This document shows, in pieces, positions 37,081-45,849 of a DNA stretch of 64,000 bases. The first letter of the stretch is position 1; every line of letters begins with the position of its first letter. The notes beneath the pieces are model-generated. The model made no database searches, was not told the DNA's origin, and saw only the letters and a list, made by a program, of their open reading frames with translations. Both the position numbers and the translations under genes were made by a program. The stretch covers positions 1,056,001 to 1,120,000 of the forward strand of contig OZ244799.1 of the NCBI GenBank assembly GCA_965219955.1, read 5' to 3'. Source of the DNA: a bacterium (lineage in GTDB: Bacteria; UBA8248).

Positions 37081-38490
37081 TTATTGATTGACTCTGCCCA
37101 GAGCCGCGTCGAGACGGTATAGACTCCTGTCTCTTCCGAGAAGGCTGAGGGTTTCAAAGATACCGGGACTGATAGTGCCGCCCGTGATAGCAACGCGCAC
37201 GGGTTGCGCCAGTTTACCGAGCTTTACAGCTTCTTCGTCCATAACGCGATGAAAAGCCGATTTGACGTTTTCGGACGAAAACGCATCGATTTTATTCAAT
37301 TCGTTGCGTAGTTTCAGCATCAACTCCGAACTCTCCGAGGTCAGGAATTTCGAAGCCGCCTTCTCGTCCAATTCGACTTCATCTTCGAAGAAAAAACGAG
37401 CGCCTTCTATCATATCCACCAAGGTGCTCGAGCGCGTTCTGAGTTCATCCACAATGCCTTCGCGAGTTTTGCGGGAGAGGACATCAGGCGGTAACCCCTG
37501 TTTTTTGAGGCCCGCATCAAGCGAGTCGACGAGAAAACCACCATCGGCCGATTTGATGTATTCCTGATTCAGCCACAATAATTTTTCCGGGTTGAAGATG
37601 GCGGCAGATCTGTTCAAATTCTCTAAGGCAAAATTGGCGACAATCTCGTCTTTGGAGAAAATCTCCTGGTCTCCGTGGCTCCATCCCAGGCGAACAAGAT
37701 AGTTGATCAACGCTTCAGGGAGAAAACCGCGCTCTTTATATTCCAGTACCGAATCTGCGCCATGACGTTTTGAGAGTCTTTTCTTATCGGATCCTAATAT
37801 CATTGATATGTGCGCGAATTTTGGCGTCGCTTCTTGTAGGGCCTGATAGACAAGGACTTGCTTGGGGGTATTGGATAGGTGGTCGTTGCCTCGAATCACG
37901 TGGGAGATTCTCATGTCGATATCGTCGACGGCCACGCAAAAATTGTATGTAGGCATTCCATCGGTGCGGACGATGACCATGTCGTCGAGTTGTGAGTTCT
38001 CGAACACGACCTCCCCGGCGAGGATGTCGTCGACAATCGTTTCCCCGGTATCAGGTGCCCGGAGGCGAAGGCAAAACGGGACATCCGGCTCTTTTTCGTA
38101 TCGATCCCGACAAGTGCCGTCGTATTTCGGCGTTTTCCCCTTGGCACGAGCCCGTTCACGCATTGCGTTCACTTCCTCCGGCGTGCAAGTGCACCGAAAG
38201 GCAGCACCGGAGGATAAGAGTTTTTCGGCTGCTTCTTGATACAAATCCATCCGGTTGGATTGGCGATATGGGCCTTCATCCCATTCGAGACCGAGCCACT
38301 CGAACGCCTCCAGGATTGCGTCGTAGTATTCTTCCGTAGAGCGTTGGCGGTCGGTGTCTTCGATTCTTAAAATGGCTGTGCCTGCGTGATGTTTCGCAAA
38401 GAACCAGTTAAACAGAGCTGTTCGCGCGCCGCCGATATGGAGGTGGCCCGTGTTGGATGGAGCAAAGCGAACTCGGATATCTGAAGTCAT
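37081..38490 (-). CDS. gltX: Glutamate--tRNA ligase
   Basis: RFAPSNTGHLHIGG, RIEDTD, HVIRGNDH and RLSKRHG motifs. Confidence 0.96.
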   Translation of the reverse strand: MTSDIRVRFAPSNTGHLHIGGARTALFNWFFAKHHAGTAILRIEDTDRQRSTEEYYDAILEAFEWLGLEWDEGPYRQSNRMDLYQEAAEKLLSSGAAFRCTCTPEEVNAMRERARAKGKTPKYDGTCRDRYEKEPDVPFCLRLRAPDTGETIVDDILAGEVVFENSQLDDMVIVRTDGMPTYNFCVAVDDIDMRISHVIRGNDHLSNTPKQVLVYQALQEATPKFAHISMILGSDKKRLSKRHGADSVLEYKERGFLPEALINYLVRLGWSHGDQEIFSKDEIVANFALENLNRSAAIFNPEKLLWLNQEYIKSADGGFLVDSLDAGLKKQGLPPDVLSRKTREGIVDELRTRSSTLVDMIEGARFFFEDEVELDEKAASKFLTSESSELMLKLRNELNKIDAFSSENVKSAFHRVMDEEAVKLGKLAQPVRVAITGGTISPGIFETLSLLGRDRSLYRLDAALGRVNQ

Positions 38491-38660
38491 CAAAAATTTG
38501 TCCTTTATCAAACCATGGAGGAGTAGCCACAGTAGGAGAGAATTCTAGAGATGATAGGTGTATGATTGCAAGACGGAAATTGTAATGGCCTTGCGAGCGA
38601 TACTAATAAAATCAACAACCGGAAAATTAACTCGATACGTAGACCAAGAGGAGAGGCCGG

Positions 38661-38990
38661 ATGCAGTATTTTTACGATTTAGCGGAAATTGAACCGCAAA
38701 AGATGCCGGGCAGGGAGCGCAGGCTCGTCGTCGGTGAACAGGTGATGATGTTGTATATCGAAAGAGAGGGAGGAACGGAACAGGACCATACTCATGATGT
38801 AGAGCAACTTGTATATCTCATGAAAGGCGAGGCTAAGTTTACAGTCGCCGGTGAAACACGCGAGGTCAAAGCGGGTCAGGTGGTACACATACCCAAGGGG
38901 GTGCCGCATCGGCTGGATGCCCCAACACCCATCACATATATTGGCATATATTCTCCATTGCGTGAGGAGGCAATTCGGGCAGAAGCTTGA
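38661..38990 (+). CDS. Cupin domain protein
   Basis: HTHDVEQ...G...IPKGVPH cupin motifs. Confidence 0.85.
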   Translation: MQYFYDLAEIEPQKMPGRERRLVVGEQVMMLYIEREGGTEQDHTHDVEQLVYLMKGEAKFTVAGETREVKAGQVVHIPKGVPHRLDAPTPITYIGIYSPLREEAIRAEA

Positions 38991-39024
38991 GCATCGCTGT
39001 TATGAACTGACGAAAAATTGCTGT

Positions 39025-39420
39025 TTAGGCGGGATATGTCCAGCCCTCGTCTTTGAGTTCGTCCATTGCTTCCAGCATGCAGGTGACGCCATAAGTTAGC
39101 ACCTTGGAGCCCGCCGGGTTTACGCAGACCATGAGCGCCTCTGCGATTTCCTCCGGGTGTAAACCTAGCTTGAGTCCTTTTTTCAAATGCTGTTTGAGGT
39201 GCGGTTGGTTATGCGGGTTCGAACCCTCAACTGCAAGGGCTAAAATATGAAACAGTTCATGCATTCTTTCATCGAATCTTCTCTCTTTCGCACGGATGAT
39301 CTCGTCGAGATGCAAAAGCGCTTCCATGTAGTCTGGAAATTTCTCGGCAATGAACTCATGAGCTGGATACCTACGTCCTCTGCGTTTTGCAATTTCTTCT
39401 GCTAATTTTTTTTCTGGCAT
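39025..39420 (-). CDS. CMD/AhpD-like protein
   Basis: DERMHEL...H...GLKLGLHPEEIAEAL pattern. Confidence 0.7.
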   Translation of the reverse strand: MPEKKLAEEIAKRRGRRYPAHEFIAEKFPDYMEALLHLDEIIRAKERRFDERMHELFHILALAVEGSNPHNQPHLKQHLKKGLKLGLHPEEIAEALMVCVNPAGSKVLTYGVTCMLEAMDELKDEGWTYPA

Positions 39421-39441
39421 AACGAACCCCTATTATCGGAA

Positions 39442-39843
39442 TCATTCGATTTCGTCAAAAAAATCCAGATCGTCCAAAGGTTTTTTTTGATTTTGTAGCG
39501 TGTCTAGCAAGACTTTCCTGAGTGCGCGGATTGCGCGGTTTCTGGCCTGACGATCAATCATTTCGTAAACGATTTCCGTTGCCTCGTCATTTTGGGAATC
39601 TAAAATTCTACGAGAAGATTGCTCCGCCCACTCATCGGCGTAACGCTGGAGGATCTGGCGTATGCTCGCCTCGTATATTCTGTCTTGTGTAATTCGGTCA
39701 AGAATGTGAACGATGTCAGACGAAAAGGCATCGACAGTTTCTCTCGAAACATCGACATCATCAAGATGAAACATCAATCTTTGGTAAATCTGTTCACGAA
39801 AATCCAAGTCTACTCCGAGAGACGGCCACAGGAAACGAAACAA
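39442..39843 (-). CDS. Hypothetical protein
   Basis: Helical acidic ORF collinear with its neighbours; start may be TTG at 39807 (GGAG RBS). Confidence 0.6.
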   Translation of the reverse strand: MFRFLWPSLGVDLDFREQIYQRLMFHLDDVDVSRETVDAFSSDIVHILDRITQDRIYEASIRQILQRYADEWAEQSSRRILDSQNDEATEIVYEMIDRQARNRAIRALRKVLLDTLQNQKKPLDDLDFFDEIE

Positions 39844-39880
39844 TCAATAGGTTGCGCTTTCAGTAAGAGCAGGCGAACAC

Positions 39881-41152
39881 TTATTTTCCCTGGCTATACT
39901 GGGCCGATTTCCTGGTTTCCGGTGTTAGCCATAATAAGGCGCCCCCCGCAAGGAAAAAAACAAGCACGGATAAAATCGCAGATCTCTGGTCTCCAGTCAG
40001 TGCTGACACACCCCCAAAAACCAGTGGACCGAGAACCGAACTCATTTTGCCGCAAATACCATAAAACGAAAATAATTGTGCTGAACTTTTTTCAGGAATG
40101 TAGCTAGCCATCAGGGCGCGGCTTGCTGATTGGCTGGACCCGAGGGAAAGCCCCGCCAACAACGAGACACCCAGGAAAACATATTTCGTTTCGGTGAAAT
40201 AAGCCACAATGACGACCACGCACCAATTCGACAGAGTCAGCAGAATCGTTTTCCGCGGTCCCCATGCATCTGTGAGATACCCGAGTGCAAATGCGCCGAC
40301 GCCAGCTGAAACTTGAACCATAATGAAAAGACTCAAAACTTCGCCCATGCTGAATTTCAGCGTAGAGACCGCATAGATCGAACTGAAAGAAATGACGGTG
40401 ACAATTCCGTCGTTATAGAGGAAAAAGGCGATAAGAAACCTGATTGCGCCCGGCGTTTTTCTCGTGTCCTGTAGCGTTTTCCATAGTTCGGCGAAAGCGT
40501 TTTTTTCGGTTAGTTGAGTGTAATTTATTTTTGTTTCCCGAAGCCAAAAAATCAACGGAAGCGTAAATAGGCCATAGAACACGGCGACCGCAACAAAGCT
40601 CATACGGAACAAGGGAAGATTTTCCTGCGAGAACCCTCCCGCCAAAAAAGGTTTGACCAAAAAAAGACAAAGCAGACCGCCCAGATACCCAAGTCCCCAG
40701 CCCCAGCCACTAATTTTCCCGACATTTTTCGGTGTCGAGACGTCGGGCAAAAAGGAGTTGTAGAAGATGAGAGAGCTTTCAAATGCAGCCGTAGCGATGA
40801 TGAAAAACGCCATTCCGGCAAAGATCATGCCGGCGGTTACATTTGCGAGAAGGGCGGTGGCCAATACGCAAATATAGGCATAAAGGATCAAGAAAAGTTT
40901 ACGGCTGCCCCTTCTGTCAGCTATCGCGCTCAAAGGAGGAGTGATGGTCACGCTTAAGATCATGGCTGCCGAGAGCGCTATCCCCCATAGGAAATCTCCT
41001 TTCCCGCCGCCGCCGGCGACGATTGTCTTGAAATAGACGCTATACGCAACCGTGATGATTAGTGTCGGAAAAGCGGAGTTTGCAAAATCGTACATGCACC
41101 AGGAGAAAACTTCTCGGCTTCGATTCGGCTTCAGAATGTGTGGATTTGCCAT
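39881..41152 (-). CDS. MFS transporter (UMF1/ATG22-like)
   Basis: SWCMYDFANSAF, GWGLGYLGG, YNDG and QSASR motifs. Confidence 0.9.
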   Translation of the reverse strand: MANPHILKPNRSREVFSWCMYDFANSAFPTLIITVAYSVYFKTIVAGGGGKGDFLWGIALSAAMILSVTITPPLSAIADRRGSRKLFLILYAYICVLATALLANVTAGMIFAGMAFFIIATAAFESSLIFYNSFLPDVSTPKNVGKISGWGWGLGYLGGLLCLFLVKPFLAGGFSQENLPLFRMSFVAVAVFYGLFTLPLIFWLRETKINYTQLTEKNAFAELWKTLQDTRKTPGAIRFLIAFFLYNDGIVTVISFSSIYAVSTLKFSMGEVLSLFIMVQVSAGVGAFALGYLTDAWGPRKTILLTLSNWCVVVIVAYFTETKYVFLGVSLLAGLSLGSSQSASRALMASYIPEKSSAQLFSFYGICGKMSSVLGPLVFGGVSALTGDQRSAILSVLVFFLAGGALLWLTPETRKSAQYSQGK

Positions 41153-41331
41153 TGGGCTATCGTGATTTTTCTTCATATAGGCACTTTATGAGAATAGAAG
41201 AATTGTGTTGCAAACATCAGAAGAAACAAAAAAATCACACTTTTCTAATATATAATATCAGGTAATGTTGTGAAATCTGAATTGTTTTATGATTCGTGAG
41301 CCGCCTTCTTGTTTTCCGCGATGGGTCCTCT

Positions 41332-44300
41332 ATGTATCGACTCCTGAAATGGTTGGTTTGGATTGCCGGTATTTGTTTCGTTCTCATCGTCGTTTCTATC
41401 TTCATCATACAAATTTTTCTTTCCTCCGATGAGATAATCAGAATCGCGGAGAGAGAAGGGCGAAAAATCCTGGGCCGAAACGTATCAATCGAGCGGCTGG
41501 AACTGGGACTGTTCAAGATCGAGGCGAGTGGAATCGTCATCGACGGGCAAACAGAAAAAGATGGGGTAAAGAGCGATAAACCCTTCGTTCGATTCGACGA
41601 TGTTGAAATACTTCTGAATCCATCGACCCTGATTTACAAGCGTATCAGCATTCTCCAGCTCACCATCAAAAGCGCCACCGCTCGCGTACACCGGGATGGA
41701 CAGGGCAGGTTCAATTTCCAGGACATTATCGACAATCTGAATCGGGAATCAAGCAATGCGATTCCGACGAATTCGGGAAAAACGTTTTCGTTCATCAAAT
41801 CCGCCGAGGCGGCGGAGAGCGTCCCGCAAAGTTCTGAACAAGGATTCACTTTTATCATTCACGAATTTGACCTTTATGACGCTAAAACCGAATTGCGATT
41901 CGATGCCAGCAACACCTCGCCTGCTTTCGATGGTTCATGTTCTTTTGCTCACATCGAAGTCGACAAAGTAACGCCTGGCAAGCCCTTGGACGTTGTTCTC
42001 GAAGGGAAGTGTAAGAGGCCGGACGGGCAACCACTCATCGAAATGAAAGGCAAGGCGTACGTCGACATGACAGGCCGGAATTATCGCGCGTCTTTCGAGA
42101 TGCCTCTTTTGGATTCGTCTTTCCTGCCTGTGGTGGCGCCTACGGTACCGGGCTCTCGTTTCAGGAAAGGAATTTTCGCCGGGAACTTGAAGTTCGGCTA
42201 TGTCGCCGAAAAACCGGTAACCTGGGATATTGATTTGAACGGCCAAAACATTCTCGCGGATTTCCAAATGGATCGACGAGCAAAATGGCGAAAACTGGAG
42301 TTGCCCAGATTCAAGCTGAAGACGAAGGGTCGATTCAATCTGTTATATGGTTCCGCGCACATCGACACTCTCTTCGTCGAAACGCCTTTTCTGGATGCGA
42401 AATTGACGAAACCTTCGTTCTGGAACGTCTCGGCGCAAGATGAAGTGCATTTTGAAGCGAACATCCGTGATATGCGTGAAACGGGCGACTGGATTTCGCG
42501 AGTCGCGGGCATAACGCTACGAGGCTTCCAGGAAAGAGCAACGGCCCGGGTTCTGATATCGGCGAAGCGGGATCGCAAGATATCGGATGACTTCGTACAA
42601 CTAGAGGTGGATTCCCGCTTCGACCCGGTGGACCTGTCCCGGTTCGTTGAATTCATTCCCTCTGTTGACCATGTCTTGAAAATCAAGGGGAAAGTGGGCG
42701 GAAAAGCACGCGTGGTTTTTGTTTCAGGCGAGCGTGTAGGATGGGATGTGGCTTTAGAAACCCGGGACTTCGGCGCAAAAGTCAGGATAGACAAGAGAAA
42801 ACAATGGAAAGCGCTGACGTTGGGGAGAACCGTTCTTCATTCGACGGGGAACTACGACGAGAAGAATGCATCCGCGAGTATCAATACCCTGGATATCAAG
42901 TTGCCGTTCGCCACGGCGAAACTCCAAAAGCCCGCGAAATGGAACGTAGATGGTAATGATGAAGCCGCGATTTATGTCGAGGTGAGTGATTTCTCATCTG
43001 CGAATGATTTCATGCAGAGACTCGGGTTAGTATCGCTTGGAGACGTTCCCCAAGATGCGAAGCTCCGTTTTAACGTCGCCGTGTCTCGAAATCGGAAAAA
43101 TCCCTCGGCCTACATGGTAGATACGAGCGCGCGTTTCGATTCTTTGCCGGTCGCGCCACTCGTGGATTTTGTCCCTTTGCCAGCCTACCTGCAAAAAGCC
43201 ACTGGCTGGCTCAGCGGTGAGTTGCAAGTGTCTTCGACCCTGGATGGTGCCCTCCGGTGGAAGGCAGATATCGTCGGGAAGAACCTCGGTGCGCGTACCA
43301 AAATAATTTCAAAAGAAAAGTGGCGCGATTTATCCCTGGCATCTCTAGCAATTCAATCGGACGGTTTTTATCTCGCTTCAAAAGGCTCTGCCGAAATCAA
43401 GAGGTTGGATTTGAGGTTTCCCTTTGCGAGGGCATATCTGAATCGCATGGTTTTGTGGAATCAAAATGGCAGGGATGAATTTTCGTTTACGTTTGACATC
43501 ACGGATTTGAGTACCGCCGAAGTCTGGCTGGGCGAATTGATAGGGCATCCCGTTCAATCGGGGCCAAAGAATGAAAAATTGAAAATTTCACTCTCAGGAA
43601 CGAGAAACAGGAAAGATGGGGCTGTGTTTTCCTATAAGGGATACGCGCTCTTTGATCCTGTTCATATATCACCTTGGGTGAATTTTGTTAGCGATACTCC
43701 TGTGATTCGAAATCCAGCAGGAGAGATCGCCGGCAAGATAGAATTTTCATACGTCCCCAAGGAAAAGGCAAAATGGAACCTGGGGCTCACGAGCGAAAAT
43801 TTAAGCGGGGAATTCCTTGCGCCGATGAGCCGCGACTGGAGACTGCTGCAGACGGGAAAATTCAGCGTTGAAACAACGGGTTCTTATGATTTCCAAAATC
43901 AATCTGGAAGGTTGCAGAGCCTGAACCTGAACATGCCATTCGGAGATCTTCGGGCATCGAGGCCCGCCGATTGGAGCATGAACGGAGTGGATTCAGGTCG
44001 ATTCCAATGGACGGTATCGAACCTGAAACACGCGACCCGATTGGCCGGGAGTATTTTTGGAGAACCGGTGTCTGAGTTTTTAGTGGCCGGCGCCGCTAAA
44101 GGCACGATTGCAGTTTCGAGAAACAGAAAAAAACCACAGTCGATTTCGACACGGGGGTCGTTCTCGGTGGATCTCTCATCGCTCGCGCATACTGCATACC
44201 CGAATTTCAATGTGACGGGAAGTTTTTCAGGGCAGGTTGATGACGATGCGATAAAAATTCGGATTCCGGAGCTGAAGACATTCGACTTTAACAAACCAAA

Positions 44301-45450
44301 TGCGGAACCAGATATTATTCTTCAAGATTTGGAAGCATCTCTAGGGCGTTCATCCATCTTGCGAGGAGAGATACGGTCGTCAAGCGTTCGGATCAAAAAG
44401 TTGAACATTCGATATGCGCTTCATGAAAAAGGAAAAACTAATTTTGACTCATTGTTCGAGACAACGAAAGCAGGTGAAAAACAAACCCAGCGATTAAGAA
44501 ACCAAGAAAAAACGGTACCTGCAGATAAAGATAAAAAGACCACATTAGGGCAACGCCGAAAGATCGCGAAAAAAGGGGGTGGGCCTCTTTTTCCGGCGAT
44601 TAAAATTGGGAAATTCGAAGTTGCAAGAATGGCCTTTTATTATCAGGATTTTATTGCGGCGGATAAACCGCCGGTAGTTTTGCAGGTTCCGGATGCCAAG
44701 CTTTTGGTTACGAATTTGGATACGCTGATGGTTCCCGGCTTGCGGGAAACGCGCCTGGAGTTCAGGACGCTCGGAGAATCGCCCTCCATCCTGGTGAAGG
44801 CGAACCTGAACCCTGGTTCGGTGCCTCCGGATGTAGATGGAATTTTCAACCTATCGCGTTTCGACCTGCGAAAAATATCTCCTTATCTCCGTGACAGTAA
44901 GGGAGAGAGTGCCAGCGCCTTGTTGATGCGAGGGACCGAGATCACAAGGGGCGTGCTGGATTTCAAATCCACTTATTCGTTGAGAAAGAGCCGCTTGAAT
45001 TTGGATGGGACCGCGCAGATTACCGGATTGCGTTTGAAACCCGACGAGAAGTTTCCCCTGGTCGACCTCGTGGTGAAATTGCTCCGTGAGTCTGTATTCC
45101 GCCTGTTCGAGAGACCGGACGATACCATTAAGCTGAATGTTCGGGTAACAGGGCGTTTGGATGATCCGGAGTTTCATTTTCTGGACGCGATTGCGGAGCC
45201 GATATTTGTAAGCCTGTTTGAGAAGGCGCTGAACCTGGGGGGCAATGTCAAGGACATCGTTACAGGTATTCTTGGCACTGCCATTGAGGGGGTGCAAAAA
45301 ATAGTGCCGGTACCGGGGGATGATCGAGCAGCGCCCGATAAAGGTTCTGCGAAAGAATTGGACAGAGGAGAAAGCCAACTTGAGCAGTTTGGAAAAAAAC
45401 TCGAAAAATCTTTGCGGAAAGGTCTCCGCGGCTTATTCGGTGCTAAGTAA
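41332..45450 (+). CDS. Large AsmA/DUF748-like envelope protein with four internal repeats
   Basis: N-terminal TM; RDGQGRFNFQDI, GKTNFDSL and VTGRLDDPEF motifs; beta-rich. Confidence 0.8.
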   Translation: MYRLLKWLVWIAGICFVLIVVSIFIIQIFLSSDEIIRIAEREGRKILGRNVSIERLELGLFKIEASGIVIDGQTEKDGVKSDKPFVRFDDVEILLNPSTLIYKRISILQLTIKSATARVHRDGQGRFNFQDIIDNLNRESSNAIPTNSGKTFSFIKSAEAAESVPQSSEQGFTFIIHEFDLYDAKTELRFDASNTSPAFDGSCSFAHIEVDKVTPGKPLDVVLEGKCKRPDGQPLIEMKGKAYVDMTGRNYRASFEMPLLDSSFLPVVAPTVPGSRFRKGIFAGNLKFGYVAEKPVTWDIDLNGQNILADFQMDRRAKWRKLELPRFKLKTKGRFNLLYGSAHIDTLFVETPFLDAKLTKPSFWNVSAQDEVHFEANIRDMRETGDWISRVAGITLRGFQERATARVLISAKRDRKISDDFVQLEVDSRFDPVDLSRFVEFIPSVDHVLKIKGKVGGKARVVFVSGERVGWDVALETRDFGAKVRIDKRKQWKALTLGRTVLHSTGNYDEKNASASINTLDIKLPFATAKLQKPAKWNVDGNDEAAIYVEVSDFSSANDFMQRLGLVSLGDVPQDAKLRFNVAVSRNRKNPSAYMVDTSARFDSLPVAPLVDFVPLPAYLQKATGWLSGELQVSSTLDGALRWKADIVGKNLGARTKIISKEKWRDLSLASLAIQSDGFYLASKGSAEIKRLDLRFPFARAYLNRMVLWNQNGRDEFSFTFDITDLSTAEVWLGELIGHPVQSGPKNEKLKISLSGTRNRKDGAVFSYKGYALFDPVHISPWVNFVSDTPVIRNPAGEIAGKIEFSYVPKEKAKWNLGLTSENLSGEFLAPMSRDWRLLQTGKFSVETTGSYDFQNQSGRLQSLNLNMPFGDLRASRPADWSMNGVDSGRFQWTVSNLKHATRLAGSIFGEPVSEFLVAGAAKGTIAVSRNRKKPQSISTRGSFSVDLSSLAHTAYPNFNVTGSFSGQVDDDAIKIRIPELKTFDFNKPNAEPDIILQDLEASLGRSSILRGEIRSSSVRIKKLNIRYALHEKGKTNFDSLFETTKAGEKQTQRLRNQEKTVPADKDKKTTLGQRRKIAKKGGGPLFPAIKIGKFEVARMAFYYQDFIAADKPPVVLQVPDAKLLVTNLDTLMVPGLRETRLEFRTLGESPSILVKANLNPGSVPPDVDGIFNLSRFDLRKISPYLRDSKGESASALLMRGTEITRGVLDFKSTYSLRKSRLNLDGTAQITGLRLKPDEKFPLVDLVVKLLRESVFRLFERPDDTIKLNVRVTGRLDDPEFHFLDAIAEPIFVSLFEKALNLGGNVKDIVTGILGTAIEGVQKIVPVPGDDRAAPDKGSAKELDRGESQLEQFGKKLEKSLRKGLRGLFGAK

Positions 45451-45849
45451 TTTAATGAAGGTTTCCTGTTTCTGAAACGCGGTGTTTTGGTAGTAAGCCC
45501 TTATTATCAACATTATGAAGAACAGTTGATTCGACAGGCGCCGCGTTTTTTCGGGCCGCTCGTAGTAGACGAAAAACATGAATATGAATCCCCCACATTT
45601 CAGGATTGATTCCAGACTATATTCCAAGGGGATGTCGTGTTTCTGTCGAAAATTATAAAAATCGCATGAACGGACTACTTCTTCAAGATGTGATAGATAA
45701 AGTACTCGGTACTGATTTCCGCGACTGAATTCATTAACTTCAAACTTTTCTTGCATTTCCCACTTAAATTTGATAGCGTTTCTAGGTTTTCCTCTGCCCG
45801 AGGACGCATCTCCCATTCTGTTTGTGGGTGGGAACATAGGATCCAGTGT

